Positions 35,855 to 44,861 of a stretch of DNA of 64,000 bases are shown in pieces. The number at the start of each line of letters is the position of its first letter. The first letter of the stretch is position 1. The position numbers and the translations under genes are program-made. Origin of the DNA: Flavobacteriales bacterium (GTDB lineage Bacteria > Bacteroidota > Bacteroidia > Flavobacteriales_D > Sanyastnellaceae); the NCBI GenBank assembly GCA_002683345.1, contig NYSX01000012.1, positions 18,057 to 82,056 of the forward strand, read 5' to 3'. The notes below the pieces were generated by a model, which was not told the DNA's origin, did not search any database, and saw only the letters and a program-made list of their open reading frames with translations.

Positions 35855-35873
35855 ACGCTGGACGCTCGTGTTT

Positions 35874-37658
35874 TCAACCCAGGGCTTGAAACTGCATCTC
35901 AAACAGCCCGTGGTACACGTTGCCCAACGCCACGAGTTCTTCGTGGGTGCCTTGCTCCACAATTTCCCCTTGGTGCAGCACAACGATGCGATCGGCGTCG
36001 CGCACGGTGTTCAACCGGTGGGCGACCAACAACGACGTTCGTCCTGAAGTCAGGGCTTCTGTGGCCCGTTGGATCCACTGCTCGCTCTCGCTGTCGATGC
36101 TTGACGTCGCCTCATCGAGGATGAGGATGTGGGGATTGCTCAAGTACGCCCTCACAAAAGCAATCAACTGGCGCTGCCCCACGCTGAGCGTGGCTCCCCG
36201 TTCCCGGACGTCGTGGTCCAACCCTTCGGGCAAACGCTCCACGAAACGTTCGGCGCCTACCACACGGATGGCCTCCCAAATTTGGTCGTCGGTGATGTCC
36301 TGGTCGTGCAACCTCACATTTTCACGCAACGAGCCGCTGAACAAAAACACGTCTTGCAGCACCACACCAATTCGGCTGCGCAACACGTCCACCGGGATGT
36401 CGCGGATGTCCACGCCATCGATGGTGATTCGTCCCTTTTGGAATTCGTAAAAGCGGGAGATCAAATTGACGATGGAACTCTTGCCGGCTCCTGTGGCCCC
36501 GACAAAGGCCACGCGCTCACCAGGATTCACGACAAAGGACACGCCGCGCAGCACCCAATCCGGGGTTCCATCTTCCTTGTCTACGTAGGCGAACCACACA
36601 TCCTCGAACGCAATCTCTCCCTGCCACGAAGGCTCCTGGGGCGACGTGGGTTCCGGAATGCTGTCGTCCCGGTCGAGCAACTTGAACACGCGGTCCGCAT
36701 TCACGATGCCCATTTGCAACACGTTGAACCGGTCGGCGAGCTGCCGAATGGGGCGGTAAAGCATGAAGACGTACAAGATGAACTGAAGGACCACCCCCAA
36801 GGTCAAGCCGCCATGGACGACATGGCCAATGCCCAGCCAAAGCAGAAGCCCCACGCTTGTGGCACTGAGCATCTCTACTACAGGAAAGAACACACTGAAG
36901 GCCCATATGGAGCGAATGTTCGCCTCCCGGTGTGCGCGGTTGATGTCTGCAAAGGCCTCGGCCTCGACCCGCTCCCGATTGAAGGCCTGGACAATGTGCA
37001 TACCCGTCACATGCTCTTGGACGAACTCATTGATTTTGGCCACCTGGTTGCGCACATCCACAAACGCGCCCTTGATGTGCTTTTGAAAAATGCGTGTGGC
37101 CACCAACAACACTGGAATGGGAAGGAGCACCACCAAGGTCAAACTCCAATCGATGTAGAGCATGGCGCCAATGACCACGAACAGCGCCAACAAATCCCCC
37201 ACCGCATTGAGGATGCCATTGCTAAACACGCCCGCCACACCATCGATGTCACTGACGTGACGGGTCACAAGGGCACCCACGGGGGTTTGGTCGAAGTACT
37301 TCAACCGAAAGCGAGAGACGTGCCGGTACAACTTCGCGCGCAGGTCCAAGCTCACACTCTGCGCCACCCAATTGGCCAGGTACGTCACGCGGTATTGCAC
37401 CAAGGCTTCCACCACAAGCACGCCCACCACCATCAAGAACACGCGCAGCAAGCCTTCGAGGTCACCCGTGGCAATGTGCACATCCACCGCTTGACGAATC
37501 AACGCTGGCCGGATCCACACCAAACTCGACAGCAAAATGACCATGGCACCCGTCCACGCGAAGCGCCTGCGGTACGGCCCCACTTGGGCGAGAATCACCC
37601 GAACCGTATCGACGTCAAAAATCTTTCCTGCCTTGGAAGAGGAGTCCACGGACGACAT
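35874..37658 (-). CDS. ABC exporter, fused permease/ATPase (MsbA / multidrug-lipid exporter-like)
   Basis: Six-TM N-terminal domain, then Walker A GATGAGKSS, signature LSVGQRQLIAFVRA and Walker B ILILDEATS. Confidence 0.9.
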   Translation of the reverse strand: MSSVDSSSKAGKIFDVDTVRVILAQVGPYRRRFAWTGAMVILLSSLVWIRPALIRQAVDVHIATGDLEGLLRVFLMVVGVLVVEALVQYRVTYLANWVAQSVSLDLRAKLYRHVSRFRLKYFDQTPVGALVTRHVSDIDGVAGVFSNGILNAVGDLLALFVVIGAMLYIDWSLTLVVLLPIPVLLVATRIFQKHIKGAFVDVRNQVAKINEFVQEHVTGMHIVQAFNRERVEAEAFADINRAHREANIRSIWAFSVFFPVVEMLSATSVGLLLWLGIGHVVHGGLTLGVVLQFILYVFMLYRPIRQLADRFNVLQMGIVNADRVFKLLDRDDSIPEPTSPQEPSWQGEIAFEDVWFAYVDKEDGTPDWVLRGVSFVVNPGERVAFVGATGAGKSSIVNLISRFYEFQKGRITIDGVDIRDIPVDVLRSRIGVVLQDVFLFSGSLRENVRLHDQDITDDQIWEAIRVVGAERFVERLPEGLDHDVRERGATLSVGQRQLIAFVRAYLSNPHILILDEATSSIDSESEQWIQRATEALTSGRTSLLVAHRLNTVRDADRIVVLHQGEIVEQGTHEELVALGNVYHGLFEMQFQALG

Positions 37659-37661
37659 GGG

Positions 37662-38447
37662 TCAAAGATACTGCGTGCCCACAGGCGTGAAGACCTCTCC
37701 AGGGTAGGTCACCCTGGTCAGGTACAGCCCACAGCCCAAGACGCTTTTCCCGGCTGCGCTTCGGTCCTTGGCGGCAAGCACCTCAAGGATGTCCTCAGGG
37801 TGCCGCTTCCCCTTGCCCACTTCGATGAGCGTTCCCACCGTGGCCCTGACCATGTTGCGCAGAAAGCGGTCGGCTGTGATGTGAAAGGCCCAACGATGCG
37901 GCCCCAACACCTCCCAACGCGCTTCGCGCACGTCACAGATCGTGGTGCCCTGGTCCGATCCCGCCTTGCAAAACGAGGCGAAATCGTCTTTCCTCACCAA
38001 ATGCGCACTGGCCTCTTGCATGGCGGCAACATCAAGGTCGCCGTACACGCGGGTGGATCGGCCCTCGAGGAAGGGGTCTTTGGCGTTGTGAATCAGGTAG
38101 GTGTAGCCGCGTTCCACCGCGTCAAAGCGCGCATGCGCTTTTTCACCCACCGTATGAATGGCTGCGATTCCGACGTCGGGCGGAAGCATGCCGTTGAGTT
38201 TCAGGACGGCCTCCTCCCACGAAGACACGCGTCCACCCAGCGCTTCGTCTGGCAATTGGGCATGGGCCACAAAATATTTGGCGTGCACCCCCGCATCGGT
38301 GCGACCACACCCCATGACAGGACAAGGCCCGCCAAAGAGGCGGGCCAATGTGTCCTCCAACACCTCTTGAACGGTGATGGATTGAGGCTGTCGTTGCCAC
38401 CCGTGGTACCGGGTGCCGTCGTACGCCAACTCGAGAAAGACCCGCAT
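37662..38447 (-). CDS. truA: tRNA pseudouridine(38-40) synthase
   Basis: YDGTRYHGWQRQ and the catalytic GCGRTDAGVHA motif. 261 aa. Confidence 0.9.
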   Translation of the reverse strand: MRVFLELAYDGTRYHGWQRQPQSITVQEVLEDTLARLFGGPCPVMGCGRTDAGVHAKYFVAHAQLPDEALGGRVSSWEEAVLKLNGMLPPDVGIAAIHTVGEKAHARFDAVERGYTYLIHNAKDPFLEGRSTRVYGDLDVAAMQEASAHLVRKDDFASFCKAGSDQGTTICDVREARWEVLGPHRWAFHITADRFLRNMVRATVGTLIEVGKGKRHPEDILEVLAAKDRSAAGKSVLGCGLYLTRVTYPGEVFTPVGTQYL

Positions 38448-38454
38448 CAGCGCG

Positions 38455-39699
38455 TCATGCCCAAGAGGCGATCTTCTCGCTCTTGTACTCTCCGGCGAAC
38501 AGCTTGTCCTTGACTTTCGTGAAGGTCTCGATGGTGTATTTCACGTCTTCCAACGTGTGGATGGCCGTGGGGATCAAGCGGAGCATGATCGTGTCCTTGG
38601 GGACCACCGGGTACACCACGATCGAACAGAAGATGCCGTAGTTCTCACGCAAGTCGAGCGTGAGGTTGGTCGCTTCACCGAGGCCGCCGTGCAAGAACAC
38701 GGGGGTCACGCAGGAGTTGGTCACGCCGAGGTCAAACCCTTCGGCGCGAAGCCCCTCTTGCAACGCCGTGGCCACCTTCCACAAGTTTTCCTTGTGCTCG
38801 GGCTGGCTGCGCAACATTTCGAGACGCTTGCGCGCACCGACCACGAGGGGCATCGGCAACGACTTGGCAAACGTCTGAGAGCGCATGTTGTAGCGGAGGA
38901 ACTCAATCACGTCTTCGTCCCCGGCCACAAATGCCCCAATGGTGGCCATCGCCTTGGCGAAGGTGCCGAAGTAGACGTCGATTTGGTCGTGGCAACCTTG
39001 GTGGTCGCCTGCGCCGCGTCCGTTCTCTCCCACCGTGCCGAAGCCGTGGGCGTCGTCGACGAAGAGGCGGAACTTGTATTCGTCCTTGTACTTGCAAATC
39101 TCCGCGAGCTTGCCTTGGTCTCCGGCCATGCCGAAGACGCCCTCCGTGACGACGAGGATGCCGCCGCCGGTTTGGTCTGTCAAGTTCTTGGCACGCACGA
39201 GCTGCTTTTCGAAGCTCTCCATGTCGTTGTGCTGGAACACAAAGCGCTTGCCTTGGTGCAAACGAACGCCGTCCACCATGCACGCGTGAGACTCGCTGTC
39301 GTACACAATGACGTCGTGGCGAGACACCAGCGCCTCAATGGCGGATTGGCATCCCTGGTAGCCGAAGTTGAGCAAGAACGCATCCTCCTTCTGCATGAAG
39401 TCGGCGAGTTCCTGTTCGAGGGCCTCGTGCTGCGAGGTTTGGCCAGACATCATGCGAGCTCCCATGGGGTAGCCCATGCCCCACTCCGCCGCTGCTTCTG
39501 CATCGACTTTGCGAATTTCTGGGTGGTTGGCAAGACCGAGGTAGTTGTTGATGCTCCACACAAGAAGCTCTTTTCCTCGGAAGGTCATGCGGTTGCTTAT
39601 TTCGCCTTCCAACTTGGGGAAGGTGAAGTAACCGTGGCTGTCGCGGGCGTGCTGACCAAGGGGTCCACGCTCCTGACGGATTCGATCAAAAATGTCCAA
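38455..39699 (-). CDS. alpha-oxoamine synthase family PLP enzyme (Kbl/BioF/Spt/CapB-like acyl-CoA or acyl-ACP C-acyltransferase)
   Basis: NNYLGLANHPE, DESHACMVDG, DDAHGFG and the PLP-lysine motif GTFAKAMATIGAF. The start codon is TTG; the reverse complement of 39697..39699 (caa) is ttg. Confidence 0.85.
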   Translation of the reverse strand: MDIFDRIRQERGPLGQHARDSHGYFTFPKLEGEISNRMTFRGKELLVWSINNYLGLANHPEIRKVDAEAAAEWGMGYPMGARMMSGQTSQHEALEQELADFMQKEDAFLLNFGYQGCQSAIEALVSRHDVIVYDSESHACMVDGVRLHQGKRFVFQHNDMESFEKQLVRAKNLTDQTGGGILVVTEGVFGMAGDQGKLAEICKYKDEYKFRLFVDDAHGFGTVGENGRGAGDHQGCHDQIDVYFGTFAKAMATIGAFVAGDEDVIEFLRYNMRSQTFAKSLPMPLVVGARKRLEMLRSQPEHKENLWKVATALQEGLRAEGFDLGVTNSCVTPVFLHGGLGEATNLTLDLRENYGIFCSIVVYPVVPKDTIMLRLIPTAIHTLEDVKYTIETFTKVKDKLFAGEYKSEKIASWA

Positions 39700-39810
39700 A
39701 AATCAGAGATTTAGAAGGTGCGAATGTACAAACCCCAAAGCTATGCCGCACGTCCATGGGCACGAGGGAGATGTTCACACACTTTTCACCAAGCGTCCGT
39801 GCATGCTTCG

Positions 39811-39818
39811 TAATTTCG
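39811..39818 (+). promoter_or_regulatory. -7-like box TAATTTCG, 6 nt upstream of the bamD ATG
   Basis: tcgTAATTTCGacgcctATGaag. Confidence 0.35.
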
Positions 39819-39824
39819 ACGCCT

Positions 39825-40661
39825 ATGAAGTTTCCCTCCCTCTGGTCCGTGGCCTTTGGTGCCTTTTTGGTCTCCTTGTTGGCCCAGTGCTCGGACTACA
39901 ACAAAATGCTCAAGTCAGGCAACTTGGAGGAGAAGCTGAGCTACGCCGAAGCGGCCTTGGATTCTGGCAACTGCTTCCGGGCCCTCCCCTTGTACGACGA
40001 ACTCATGCGGCTCACGCGCGGCACCGAGCGCGCCCCAGACGTCCACTGGAACCGTGCATTGACCCACGACTGCATCAACGACTTTTACCTGAGTCGCTAC
40101 TACTTCCAGTCTTTCGTCAAGACGTTTCCCAACGACGCGCGTGTCGAAAAGGCCATGTTCCGCGCTGCCCTGTGCTCGTATTACTTGTCTCCTGAATCGA
40201 GCCTTGACCAAACCGACACGCGAACGGCCATCGACGAGTTGCAGTTGTTCATGGATCGCTACCCTGCCAGCGCACTGCGGGACAGCACCCAAAACATGAT
40301 TGAGGGCCTGCGCGGAAAACTCGAGGTCAAGGCCTTCGAAAATGCGCGGCTGTATCACAAGACTGGCAATTACAAGAGCGCCACCATCGCCATGGCCCAT
40401 GCGATTGAAGACTATCCCGGCTCGCCCTACCAAGAGGAGTTGCAGTTTTTGATCATCGACAGCCACCATCGCTACGCCGCGCAAAGCACCAACCGCAGGA
40501 AGTTGGAGCGATACAACGATGCTATTCAGGCTTTTCATACCTTTGCATCCCGTTTCCCGGAAAGCGCGCGCATGGATGAGGCCCGTCGACTGTTTGACAG
40601 TTCCGTCCAAGCCATTGCAGAACTGGAATCGGATCCTACCACGAACCCCGCAAACCGTTGA
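39825..40661 (+). CDS. bamD: outer membrane protein assembly factor BamD (TPR lipoprotein)
   Basis: Trimmed to MKFPSLWSVAFGAFLVSLLAQCSDYN (lipoprotein-like signal with Cys). It is TPR-like and occupies the conserved position upstream of rpoZ-coaBC in Bacteroidota. Confidence 0.75.
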   Translation: MKFPSLWSVAFGAFLVSLLAQCSDYNKMLKSGNLEEKLSYAEAALDSGNCFRALPLYDELMRLTRGTERAPDVHWNRALTHDCINDFYLSRYYFQSFVKTFPNDARVEKAMFRAALCSYYLSPESSLDQTDTRTAIDELQLFMDRYPASALRDSTQNMIEGLRGKLEVKAFENARLYHKTGNYKSATIAMAHAIEDYPGSPYQEELQFLIIDSHHRYAAQSTNRRKLERYNDAIQAFHTFASRFPESARMDEARRLFDSSVQAIAELESDPTTNPANR

Positions 40662-40664
40662 GGC

Positions 40665-41018
40665 ATGAGCACCAACTTCAAGAGCATCAAAGCTGAACGC
40701 ACCACTGAGACGCGCAACATCCACGACCTGGAAACGCACGGCACTGGGAACATCTTTGAAACCATTGTGGCGTTGTCCAAGCGCAGCAACCAGGTGGCTT
40801 TGAGTTTGCGGAAAGAGCTTTCTGAAAAGCTCGAAGAGTTCGTCATCCCCACCGACTCTTTGGAGGAAGTGTTCGAGAACCGCGAGCAGATTGAGATCTC
40901 GAAGTTTTACGAGCGCCTTCCCAAGCCTCACAGCATTGCCATCAAGGAACTCCAGGACGAGTCCTTGCACATCGCGAACAGCGATGAGGAGCAGGACGAC
41001 GCGGAAGCTGAAGCCTAA
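40665..41018 (+). CDS. rpoZ: DNA-directed RNA polymerase subunit omega
   Basis: 117 aa with an acidic C-terminus. It lies between bamD and coaBC, as in other Bacteroidota. NIFETIVALSKRSNQV resembles the omega core. Confidence 0.65.
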   Translation: MSTNFKSIKAERTTETRNIHDLETHGTGNIFETIVALSKRSNQVALSLRKELSEKLEEFVIPTDSLEEVFENREQIEISKFYERLPKPHSIAIKELQDESLHIANSDEEQDDAEAEA

Positions 41019-41029
41019 TTCCAACGGCC

Positions 41030-42265
41030 ATGCCTTTGGCCTCCCCTTCTTCTGAGAACATGTTGACCGGTCGCCGCATTGTGCTTGGCATCACCGGAAG
41101 CATTGCTGCGTACAAATCGGCGACCCTTGCGCGCGAATTGCGTCGGCGTGGCGCCGAAGTGCGCGTGGTGATGACGCCAGGTGCCACCGAATTCATCACG
41201 CCCCTCACCCTGGCCACGCTGGTGGACAACCCCGTGCACTCCGACTTCACGGAGGACGAGCATGCCGGGGTGTGGACCAACCATGTCGAACTTGGCATTT
41301 GGGGGGACCTGATTCTCATCGCACCTGCCACGGCCAACACCTTGGCCGCGATGGTGCACGGACAGTGCGACAACTTGCTTCAAGCGGTTCTGCTGAGTGC
41401 GCGCTGCCCCGTGGCTGTGGCACCCGCCATGGATTTGGACATGTTCACGCATGCCTCCACCCAGTCCAATCTGAAAACGCTCGCCGAACGCGGTGTGGAC
41501 ATCATCGACCCGGGCACCGGCCCCCTGGCCAGCGGGCTGGTGGGCAAAGGCAGAATGGCCGAGCCCGAAGACATCGCCGACCACTTGGCACGACGTTTTG
41601 CCGCGGACCTTCCGTGGCGGGGAAAGCGCGTCATCCTGACCGCAGGCCCGACCCATGAACCCTTGGATGCCGTCCGATTCCTCGGCAACCGCAGCTCCGG
41701 GAAAATGGGATTCGCCTTGGCCGAGGTTCTCGCAGCCCGAGGTGCGGAGGTGACCCTTGTCGCCGGCCCCGTCTCCCTTGAAACGCCCTTGCGTGTGCAC
41801 GAGCGCATCGACGTCCAAACCGCCGAGGAAATGAACGAGGCTGTGCAAGCCCGGTGGAAGGACATGGATTGGGGCGTGGCCTGTGCGGCCGTCTCTGATT
41901 TCAAGCCTGCCGAGACCACCTCCGGGAAATGGCATCGCGGCGACATGCCGGAGGCCGTGGTGTTGGCCGAGAACCCCGACATCCTTGCGACCATGGGACG
42001 CTCCAAGCAGCCCCATCAAACCCTCATTGGCTTCGCGCTCGAGAGCGACGATGGGCAAGCCAGCGCACAAGGCAAGCTGGAACGCAAGAACCTCGACGCC
42101 ATCGTGTTGAACAGCTTGAAAGACGACGGCGCTGGATTTGGGCACGACACAAACAAAGTCAGTGTGCTCTTCCAAGGTGGGAAAAGCGTTAGTTTTGAGT
42201 TGAAATCCAAATACGATGTCGCGTGCGATCTCGTTGAGCTTTGGAGGACAACTCTGAACCCATGA
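41030..42265 (+). CDS. coaBC: bifunctional phosphopantothenoylcysteine decarboxylase / phosphopantothenate-cysteine ligase
   Basis: The flavoprotein domain has GITGSIAAYK and PAMDLDMFTH. The CoaB domain has ILTAGPTHEPLDAVRFLGNRSSGKMG. An alternative start is ATG 41060. Confidence 0.9.
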   Translation: MPLASPSSENMLTGRRIVLGITGSIAAYKSATLARELRRRGAEVRVVMTPGATEFITPLTLATLVDNPVHSDFTEDEHAGVWTNHVELGIWGDLILIAPATANTLAAMVHGQCDNLLQAVLLSARCPVAVAPAMDLDMFTHASTQSNLKTLAERGVDIIDPGTGPLASGLVGKGRMAEPEDIADHLARRFAADLPWRGKRVILTAGPTHEPLDAVRFLGNRSSGKMGFALAEVLAARGAEVTLVAGPVSLETPLRVHERIDVQTAEEMNEAVQARWKDMDWGVACAAVSDFKPAETTSGKWHRGDMPEAVVLAENPDILATMGRSKQPHQTLIGFALESDDGQASAQGKLERKNLDAIVLNSLKDDGAGFGHDTNKVSVLFQGGKSVSFELKSKYDVACDLVELWRTTLNP

Positions 42266-43203
42266 CCCACCCATCTCGATCCGCAAACCGTTCGATTCTC
42301 TTGCGTTGCATCCCTCATGCCTTCTTGGCACTGATGTTGGGCGCCGCTTCCTTGCTGACTTATGCCCAGGAGCTCAATTGCAACGTCACGGTCATTGCAC
42401 CCCAAATCAGCAACGTGGACGCCTCGCGCTTTGACGCGCTTGAGGACGCCATTCGGGAGTTCATGAACGGCCGCCGCTGGACCGAGGACAACTTCGATTT
42501 TGAAGAGCGCATCGAGTGCACGCTGCAGCTCACCATCAACGAAGCGATTGGCTCGACCGTGTTTAAGGGCAGCATGCAAGTTCAGAGCTCGCGCCCTGTC
42601 TTCAATTCCGATTACAACACGGCCGTGATGCTCGTCAACGACGGCGACATCCAGTTTGAATGGCTGGACAACAGCAACATCCTCTTCAATCCGGGGCAGC
42701 ACCGAGACAACCTCTCTTCCCTCCTTGCCTATTACGCCTACATGGTGTTGGGCATGGACTACGACACCTTTGCCTTGGAGGGTGGCACGCCGTTCTTCCT
42801 TCAAGCCCAAACCATCGTGGCCAACGCCCAAAACGCCGGCGAGCGCGGCTGGAAGGCGTCCCAAGGAAAACAGAATCGCTACTGGCTTGTAGAGAACCAC
42901 TTGAGCCAAACCTTCCGCCCCGTCCGCACGTGCCTGTACAACTACCACCGCAAGGGACTGGATGTCCTCTACCAAGATGTGGAAGGCGCGCGACTGACCA
43001 TGGCGGAAGCCTTGATTGACATGCGATCCACCAACCGCATTCGTCCGGGATCCTACAACATCCAGGTGTTCTTCCTCGCGAAAAGCGACGAAATCATCAA
43101 CGTGTTTGGTCCAGCTCCGGATGCAGAACGCACGCGGTTGCTGCCCATCTTGAAGCAACTCGATCCCGGAAACATCCAGTCTTACGACGAACGTTTGGGG
43201 TGA
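42262..43203 (+). CDS. DUF4835-like protein (conserved Bacteroidota protein between coaBC and recN)
   Basis: The ATG overlaps the coaBC stop (ATGA). It has a signal-like N-terminus, then QELNCNVTVIAPQI. The family assignment rests on position and a remembered N-terminal motif. Confidence 0.55.
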   Translation: MTHPSRSANRSILLRCIPHAFLALMLGAASLLTYAQELNCNVTVIAPQISNVDASRFDALEDAIREFMNGRRWTEDNFDFEERIECTLQLTINEAIGSTVFKGSMQVQSSRPVFNSDYNTAVMLVNDGDIQFEWLDNSNILFNPGQHRDNLSSLLAYYAYMVLGMDYDTFALEGGTPFFLQAQTIVANAQNAGERGWKASQGKQNRYWLVENHLSQTFRPVRTCLYNYHRKGLDVLYQDVEGARLTMAEALIDMRSTNRIRPGSYNIQVFFLAKSDEIINVFGPAPDAERTRLLPILKQLDPGNIQSYDERLG

Positions 43204-44861
43204 TGCTTCGTCGCATTCGCATCCAAAATCACGCCCTGATCCACGAGGTGGAGATGACCCTCGAAGAGGGATTCCATGTGTTCACTGGCGAGACAGGGTC
43301 GGGCAAAAGCATTCTTCTCGGCGCCATTGGTCTGTTGCTCGGCGACCGGGCAGACACGTCTGGCGTGGGGCTTCACGGCGACCGCGCCATCATCGAGGGT
43401 GAATTTGTTGCGCCCCAACTTGAAGACTGGCTTAGGGACGCGGATTTGCCCCTGGCTCGATCCATCTCCGTGCGCAGGGAGGTGCTTCGAAACGGACGCT
43501 CAAGGGTGTTCATCAACGACGCCCAAGCGGCGGTGGGCCAACTCAAAGACCTGGGATCGCACTTGGTCCACATCCACCGCCAGGACGACCTGGGCGCCTC
43601 CCTGGAGCGTCCCGCTCTGGTGCGTGTGCTCGACCTGGCCGGCAACCACACGTCCGTCAAAGACGCTTACGACAAGGCCTATGCCGTGTGGCGTGAAGCC
43701 AAGGATGCCCTTCAGAAACTGGAGGCCCTGATGCGCGCGCCGTCGGGCGACGTGGATTACCTCACCCACCAAATCCGTGAGCTTCAGGCGCTGCGCCCTG
43801 AGGACATCGATTGGGAAGGATTGCAGGCGGAATTGAACTCATTGCAGCACGCCTCTGCGCTCCATGAAGGCCTTCAGCTTGCAGCCCTGGCATGCGACGC
43901 CGAGGACACAGGTGCCTTGACGCATGTGGAATCGGCGCGTCGCGCCTTGTCCAGTCTGGAGGGTGTGGACGCCGAGGTCGACGAGACCCTTGGACGCCTC
44001 GCGAGTGTTCGCATCGAATTGGCCGACCTCGCCAGCACGCTGCACGACTTGGTGGAACAGAAGCAGCCCGACCCCGCAAGACTCACGCAATTGGAAGCGC
44101 AACACGACGCGTTCATGCGCGCCATGAGAAAGCATCAAGTCGACCGCCCTGAAGCCCTCTCCGAACTCCTGCAACGATTGACGGAACAAGTGCATTCCCT
44201 GCAAGGGTTGGAAGAAGCCCATCAGGAGGCACTGACACGTGAGGCCCAGTGCCGCAAAGACCTTCACGAGGCCGGCACCGCACTGACGGCGCACCGGACA
44301 GAGGCTGGCCAAAGACTTGTCGAAGACGTCCTCCCTTTGCTGGGTCAATTGAAGATGCCCCACGCCGACATGGCCTGGAAGTTCCCCCCGTGCGAGGCAG
44401 ACGCCTTGGGCATGGACGATCCTGAAATCTGGTTCACCACAAACCCTGGATCGCCACTCCTGCCTTTGGTGAAAGTGGCTAGTGGCGGTGAGCGTGCAAG
44501 GTTCATGCTTGCGCTCAAATCCGTGATGGCAGGCATCCAATCCACGCCAGTGGTCGTGCTGGACGAAATTGACACCGGGGTGAGCGGTGAAGTGGCCGCA
44601 CACATGGGGCGCGCCATGAAGCACATTGCCATGGCGGCTGACACCCAGCAGGTGTTGGCCGTCACGCATTTGCCGCAGGTCGCTGCCCAAGCCCAGCATC
44701 ATTGGGAGGTCAGCAAGACCACGGACGGGGCGTCGACCTATGTGAATGTTTGCGCGCTGGAGGGCGAACCCCGGAGGTTTGCCGTGGCCACCATGCTGAG
44801 CGGAGACAATGTGACCGAGGAGGCCCTGGGTCAAGCCGCAAAGTTGATTGAGGCCTCCTGA
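43203..44861 (+). CDS. recN: DNA repair protein RecN
   Basis: MLRRIRIQNHALIHEV, Walker A GETGSGKS, a long coiled-coil middle and the C-terminal ASGGERARFMLAL and VVVLDEIDTGVSG. Confidence 0.9.
   Translation: MLRRIRIQNHALIHEVEMTLEEGFHVFTGETGSGKSILLGAIGLLLGDRADTSGVGLHGDRAIIEGEFVAPQLEDWLRDADLPLARSISVRREVLRNGRSRVFINDAQAAVGQLKDLGSHLVHIHRQDDLGASLERPALVRVLDLAGNHTSVKDAYDKAYAVWREAKDALQKLEALMRAPSGDVDYLTHQIRELQALRPEDIDWEGLQAELNSLQHASALHEGLQLAALACDAEDTGALTHVESARRALSSLEGVDAEVDETLGRLASVRIELADLASTLHDLVEQKQPDPARLTQLEAQHDAFMRAMRKHQVDRPEALSELLQRLTEQVHSLQGLEEAHQEALTREAQCRKDLHEAGTALTAHRTEAGQRLVEDVLPLLGQLKMPHADMAWKFPPCEADALGMDDPEIWFTTNPGSPLLPLVKVASGGERARFMLALKSVMAGIQSTPVVVLDEIDTGVSGEVAAHMGRAMKHIAMAADTQQVLAVTHLPQVAAQAQHHWEVSKTTDGASTYVNVCALEGEPRRFAVATMLSGDNVTEEALGQAAKLIEAS

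Noticed and set aside
36129-38513. 794-aa plus-strand ORF over the ABC exporter and truA.
   Set aside because: This is the same codon-aligned antisense artefact. 36129 is in the same triplet phase as the minus-strand codons of both genes. The sense genes carry Walker, ABC-signature and TruA catalytic motifs.
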